Of a stretch of 39,167 nt of DNA, positions 35,051 through 39,167 are shown piece after piece. Numbering within the stretch: position 1 is the first letter of the stretch; each line of letters starts with the position of its first letter. Position numbers and translations under genes: made by a program. This stretch comes from an uncultured Candidatus Saccharibacteria bacterium. Its GTDB lineage: Bacteria > Patescibacteriota > Minisyncoccia > UBA6257. The stretch lies in contig CAZEMH010000003.1 in NCBI GenBank assembly GCA_964513365.1, forward strand, positions 1-39,167, in the 5' to 3' direction. The notes beneath the pieces were generated by a model. The model did no database searches. It saw only the letters and a list, made by a program, of their open reading frames with translations, and was not told the DNA's origin.

Positions 35051-37592
35051 ATTCTGTCTTTACTTTAAATTCGTTTTCTTCAAAAACAAAATGCACTTTG
35101 GTATTTGGGCCAATTTTCCTTTTTAATATAGAGCTGGCTAAATTATCTTTTATGTAATGCCTAATTACTGAATCTAAAGGCCGCGCTCCAAATATTGGGT
35201 TGTATCCTAATTTAGCTAATTGTTCAATAACAGAATTATCAAAAGATAATTCTATTTTTTTATTTTTTGACAAGGCAAATGCCAATTCATTTAATTTTAA
35301 TTTTACTATCTCCTTAAGATGTTCTTGCGTTAATGGCCTAAAGACAACAACTTCGTTAAATCTGTTCAAAAGTTCTGGCTTAAAGTAATTTGTTAATTTC
35401 TTTTTCAATCTCTCTGACAAGGTATCAATATCAACCTTCTTTTCTATCTCATCTTTTATAAAATCAGACAAAGCATTAGAAGTCGCAATAATAATTGTAT
35501 TAGTAAAATCAATAACTTGCCCAAGATTATCAGTCAACCTCCCCTCATCAAATACTGGAAGGAAAATATTCAGAACATCAGAATGAGCTTTTTCAAATTC
35601 ATCTAAAAGAATCAACGAAAAAGGATTATTCTTAACTGCTTCTGTTAAAGATCCGCTTATTGTGCCTTCAGGATTGCCAATAAAACGATTAATGCTTTTT
35701 CTGTCTTGATATTCAGCCATATCAAAACGAATCATGGTTTTTTCACTTCCAAAATATATTTTAGCTAATGTTTTTGCCAACTGTGTCTTACCCACTCCAG
35801 TAGGCCCAACAAAAAGAAAAACGCCTATTGGTTTTTTAATACTGGTTAAGCCAGCTCTGTATTGCCTTAAAGCAGCAGATACTAAATTTACAGCTTTCTC
35901 TTGATTAATTAACCGTTCATGAATAAGTTTTTCTAAATTCAATAATTTTTTTCTCTCTTCTTCTGAAGAAATTTCTAAAGGCACTTGCGTCTTCAAACTT
36001 ACCAAATCTACTATATCTTGCTCTAAAACTATTTTCCTACCTTCTCTACGAACTCCTTCAATAGCTTCAGTTAAAAGAGATTCGGCAGAAGATGGAAGAG
36101 GCATTGAAGTTAAAAAACGTCGAGCTAAAACCACAGCTCTTTTAATAGCTTTGTAACTAATCTTTACTTTAGTTTTTCTTTGTAATCCCAATGAACGATA
36201 GGCTAAAAATCTCACTGATTCTTCAGAAGAAAGTTCTTTGACCTTAATAATTTCAAAATTCTCTTTTATAATCGGATCTGATTCTAGGTATCGACGATAA
36301 TCTCCTGGGGTTGTTGCTGCGATTACAGGCACCCATGAAGAATTAATTAATGACCGAAAAATATCTAACGCAGTAAATCCTCCTTTCTGAGCCAATAATT
36401 TATAATTATGGAATTGGGGCAAATAAATAATTATATCCCTATTAATCAAGAGTTCTTTTGTAATTTTTGTTAAACGGTCATAAACCTCTAATGGCTCTTT
36501 TGTATCTTCTAAAAAAGAAGAAAGGGAAAGACTGATAAGGCGACGATCTCGTAATTTAAAAGGTGTTTTATCTCTAACCAAATTAAAAGCTAGATATGAA
36601 ACTATCGTATCCTTCCCTACGCCAGCTGGACCAACTAAAAGAATATTCCTTTTTCCTTGACGACACAAAAGATCTAAAAGACTCTGATATTCCTGCGCAT
36701 GACCAATCATTATGCCTATCTTTAACCTTAAAGCCAATTCTGTAAAATCTAAACCATATAAGTCTAAAAATGGCGTAGGCCGTGAAGTAAAAGAACGATT
36801 AACTTTTATTCTTTTTAACCGAAAATCAAATTCTTTTTTATCAGCTAATCCCCTTACAACTTCTATGCCTTTTATTCGTGAAAGATAATTCAAAACAAAC
36901 GCAATAGCTAGATCATTCTTTTCTACGCGATAAAAATTAAAAACATCGGCAATTTTCGAATCATTTACATGATAAAGAGCTAATATTAAACATTCAGGGC
37001 TTATGCAATCTTTTTTTATCCCTTTAGCTTCAAAAAAAGCTAAATGTACAATCTTTTCTAAAAATTTTTGATAGTTTTTTTCTGTAATTTCTTTCTTATT
37101 AATCTTTTCTTCTTTTATCTTTTCCATCAACTTTTTTATATCACCGGATGATATATCTAAAATACTTAATGCATCAATTATTTCTCTTTTGTGGAGAAGC
37201 GTATAAAATAATGCGTGAAAAAAATCTAATTGAAAAGCAAAAGAAATATTTTTTGCTTCAATAAGAACGTTTTTAGCTTGTGGAGAAAGAAAACGAGCTA
37301 AATTAATTTTCTTTTTTCTTAGATATTCTTCTGTTAATGGTAAATCAGAAAAATTTTGTTTTTGGAAAACATAAACAAAAAAGAACATGATAAGAATCCC
37401 CAAATTCTGCCATGGTTCTATTCGAAAAAGTATTAATGAAAAGGAAAAAATCAAACCTAGCGAAATAAAAACAGTAAGAATTACTTTATAAAACAATCTT
37501 TTCCAAGCAGGCCAAGAGAAAAAGATATCAGAAAAATACAATTCTTTTTTCCCTTCAACTTTTTTTTGTGGCTTTTTTCCGTCTTTATTCAT
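35043..37592 (-). CDS. Membrane-anchored Clp/Hsp100-family double-AAA+ protein with a degenerate D1 module
   Basis: Two N-terminal hydrophobic helices span aa ~31-76, followed by a Clp-N-like repeat region. In D1, Walker A is GPAGVGKD and the Walker B position reads IIYLPQFH. In D2, [17 protein letters not shown] and FGARPL are intact. The protein is collinear with the ClpB in this window but lacks the M-domain. An AAGGA SD lies 5 nt upstream of the ATG. Confidence 0.8.
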   Translation of the reverse strand: MNKDGKKPQKKVEGKKELYFSDIFFSWPAWKRLFYKVILTVFISLGLIFSFSLILFRIEPWQNLGILIMFFFVYVFQKQNFSDLPLTEEYLRKKKINLARFLSPQAKNVLIEAKNISFAFQLDFFHALFYTLLHKREIIDALSILDISSGDIKKLMEKIKEEKINKKEITEKNYQKFLEKIVHLAFFEAKGIKKDCISPECLILALYHVNDSKIADVFNFYRVEKNDLAIAFVLNYLSRIKGIEVVRGLADKKEFDFRLKRIKVNRSFTSRPTPFLDLYGLDFTELALRLKIGIMIGHAQEYQSLLDLLCRQGKRNILLVGPAGVGKDTIVSYLAFNLVRDKTPFKLRDRRLISLSLSSFLEDTKEPLEVYDRLTKITKELLINRDIIIYLPQFHNYKLLAQKGGFTALDIFRSLINSSWVPVIAATTPGDYRRYLESDPIIKENFEIIKVKELSSEESVRFLAYRSLGLQRKTKVKISYKAIKRAVVLARRFLTSMPLPSSAESLLTEAIEGVRREGRKIVLEQDIVDLVSLKTQVPLEISSEEERKKLLNLEKLIHERLINQEKAVNLVSAALRQYRAGLTSIKKPIGVFLFVGPTGVGKTQLAKTLAKIYFGSEKTMIRFDMAEYQDRKSINRFIGNPEGTISGSLTEAVKNNPFSLILLDEFEKAHSDVLNIFLPVFDEGRLTDNLGQVIDFTNTIIIATSNALSDFIKDEIEKKVDIDTLSERLKKKLTNYFKPELLNRFNEVVVFRPLTQEHLKEIVKLKLNELAFALSKNKKIELSFDNSVIEQLAKLGYNPIFGARPLDSVIRHYIKDNLASSILKRKIGPNTKVHFVFEENEFKVKTESI

Positions 37593-37601
37593 ATATCCTT
37601 A

Positions 37602-37949
37602 TTACAATAATATTGTTTTTAAAATAAGATAAAAAGGCAAAAGAATCCAACAAAGATAAATTGCGGAAAACAAAAGAGTTAAAATTATTAAAAGCAATAC
37701 CCCTAAAATAATTCTTGCTATCCTATATGGAATACTTATAAGATAAGCTGCAAAAGTATATTGCTGCCAAAGCGGAACAGTAAAATAACGTATATTCACT
37801 ATAAAACCTATTCTGTGCTCTAGTCTTGAAAAAAAATTTTGATAGATTTTAAAAAGAAAACTATAACTTCCTTTAAAATAAGCCCTGGCAAAATCAGAAC
37901 AATAAAAACCAATTTTCTTAAAAAAATATCCGATAAATGTTTTCTCCAT
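37602..37949 (-). CDS. Small membrane protein of unknown function
   Basis: The 115-aa protein has an aromatic-rich N-terminal part. Two C-terminal hydrophobic helices follow (AAYLISIPYRIARIILGVLLLIILTLLFSAIYLCWILLPFYLIL). It is separated by 9-nt gaps from both neighbouring genes. Confidence 0.5.
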   Translation of the reverse strand: MEKTFIGYFFKKIGFYCSDFARAYFKGSYSFLFKIYQNFFSRLEHRIGFIVNIRYFTVPLWQQYTFAAYLISIPYRIARIILGVLLLIILTLLFSAIYLCWILLPFYLILKTILL

Positions 37950-37958
37950 GTTTTAAAA

Positions 37959-39167
37959 TTAGAAAAGTTTATCTTGTTTTGTTTCTTTTTCGTCTTCTTG
38001 AAAAATTTTAACTTTACCAAACTCACCATCAAAACCTGGTTCTATTATCAGTTTACCACTTCTTACTCTTTTTATCCCCTTTGCAACCCTGGGTAAAGTA
38101 AATTTACTTAATTCCTCAAACGGAACATCTAATAAAATATTAAATTCATTGGAAAATTTCTGGATTAATGTTTGATATTGTTTTTCCACGCCTTTTGTCT
38201 GAGGTCCTATACCCATAGCTTCAGCAATAATTTCCTTCAATGGAACCAAGCTTTTATAAGGAATAGCGTCAGAAGGCACAAAACCATCCTTCTTATCAGC
38301 TAATTCATCAACTCTGGATAAAACACCTATTGTAAGTTTACGCCCGCATTTTGGGCAAATTCCTTTTACTTTCTTCCTTTGTTCCGGCGACATACTGATT
38401 TTACATAAACGATGGCCATCATAATGATATTTTCCTTCTTCTGGAAAAAATTCAATTGTATATAAAAATTTTGATTTGTCTTTTTTAATAATAGCATCTC
38501 TTATAGCTGAATAACTTAATTCTGTATCAAAAACATTTACTTCCCTGCCTAACTTAACTGGACTATGAGCGTCAGAATTACTTATGAGAGCCATCTTACG
38601 GCCATCAGGTATTCTCCAAATCATTGCAGGATCTGCGCTTAAACCTGTTTCCATAGCGTAAATATGTTTAATGTTTTCTCCAAAAGCTTCTTCCAAAGAA
38701 TCAAAACCTGACATTGAACCAAATATACCGAACCAAGGAGTAAGACAATGCGCTGGAACAAATAAAGCTTTGGGTGCTGTATCAATAACAATTTTTAAAA
38801 GTTCTTCTGAATCCATTCCTAAAATAGGACGCCCATCTGATTTTATATTTCCCTGCCAAGATAAAATATTATTTATTTTTTCTGCTGATTCTAAAGAAGG
38901 TAAAATAATAAGATTATGGATTCTCCTTCCTCTTCCGTGCCTTGTGTACATATTACTTATCTCTCCTGTTACAACAAACCTTACACTACCATCTGTGTTT
39001 TTTAATCGATATAGCCCTTCCTCTGCCGGTTCCAATTTATTTTTAAGATTATCAAACCACTCTGGATGCGTAAAATCTCCTGTTCCAACAACAGTAATTC
39101 CTTTTTCCTTCGCTGACTGAAAAATATGCTCTAAATCCATATCACGAGAAGTGGCACGTGAATATTT
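37959..39167 (-). CDS. PHP-domain endonuclease Q (EndoQ/TIGR00375-like) protein (partial; N-terminus beyond the right window edge)
   Basis: The reading frame stays open to the window edge: ...KYSRATSRDMDLEHI precedes the track's ATG at 39140. Motifs seen are GTGDFTHPEW, PAHCLTPW, ETGLSADP, SNSDAHSPVKLGRE, GKYHYDGH and the zinc ribbon CPKCGRKLTIGVLSRVDELAD. Confidence 0.8.
   Translation of the reverse strand, partial: KYSRATSRDMDLEHIFQSAKEKGITVVGTGDFTHPEWFDNLKNKLEPAEEGLYRLKNTDGSVRFVVTGEISNMYTRHGRGRRIHNLIILPSLESAEKINNILSWQGNIKSDGRPILGMDSEELLKIVIDTAPKALFVPAHCLTPWFGIFGSMSGFDSLEEAFGENIKHIYAMETGLSADPAMIWRIPDGRKMALISNSDAHSPVKLGREVNVFDTELSYSAIRDAIIKKDKSKFLYTIEFFPEEGKYHYDGHRLCKISMSPEQRKKVKGICPKCGRKLTIGVLSRVDELADKKDGFVPSDAIPYKSLVPLKEIIAEAMGIGPQTKGVEKQYQTLIQKFSNEFNILLDVPFEELSKFTLPRVAKGIKRVRSGKLIIEPGFDGEFGKVKIFQEDEKETKQDKLF

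Noticed and set aside
37820-38096. Two overlapping short ORFs (70 aa on the minus strand, 85 aa on the plus strand) at the EndoQ/small-membrane-gene junction
   Set aside because: They overlap better-supported genes in other frames. Their sequences are low complexity and nothing suggests they are coding.
38671-39120. 149-aa plus-strand ORF
   Set aside because: It is antisense to the conserved EndoQ-like gene and has no independent support.
1-39167. Alternative genetic code (UGA recoded, as in some CPR lineages or Mollicutes)
   Set aside because: All conserved genes are intact under the standard code. TGA ends nrdG, nusB and infC at the positions expected from homolog lengths.
1-39167. CRISPR arrays, IS elements or transposases, integrases, prophage genes, toxin-antitoxin pairs and known defence systems
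   Set aside because: No spaced direct repeats, terminal inverted repeats or recombinase/nuclease-type accessory ORFs were seen. Intergenic space is too small (the largest gap is 189 nt) to hide such elements.

Overview
This is an AT-rich, very gene-dense bacterial chromosome fragment that uses the standard genetic code (TGA serves as a stop for nrdG, nusB and infC). Compact RpoB/RpoC, class III anaerobic RNR, ComEC, an LCP enzyme, Lys-rich protein tails and many 1-10 nt gene junctions suggest a small-genome Patescibacteria/CPR-like organism; that assignment is inference only. I call 34 protein genes plus one tmRNA. Most lie on the minus strand, with two short plus-strand islands (lcp-pth and smpB-ssrA-infC-rpmI-rplT). 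Nearly all are core housekeeping genes:
- tRNA ligases and translation: aspS, hisS, ileS, rpsU, rpmF, rpmI, rplT, infC, pth, smpB, ssrA.
- Transcription and RNA processing: rpoB, rpoC, nusB, rnc, ybeY, trmD.
- Division, envelope and secretion: ftsA, ftsZ, lepB, uppS.
- Stress, nucleotide supply and chromosome: htrA, clpB, nrdD, nrdG, smc.
I see no CRISPR array, transposase, integrase, phage gene, toxin-antitoxin pair or recognisable defence gene, so there is no classic accessory island here. The best candidate for something undescribed is the right-hand three-gene operon (35043 to the window edge). It encodes an EndoQ-like PHP nuclease, a 115-aa membrane protein, and a membrane-anchored Clp/Hsp100 paralog whose D1 ATPase motifs and both pore-loop aromatics are degenerate. 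Other notable points:
- An SMC of about 700 aa with no recognisable hinge, sitting in the canonical rnc-smc position.
- ComEC split into a channel gene and a separate membrane-anchored MBL gene.
- A poly-Lys N-terminal extension on FtsZ.
- A tmRNA packed 4 nt after smpB and 27 nt before a non-AUG infC.
- Consensus promoters placed for leaderless transcripts.
- A tandem-promoter, palindrome-bearing control region upstream of htrA-clpB.
All functional calls rest on motif recognition by eye; no database search was run.
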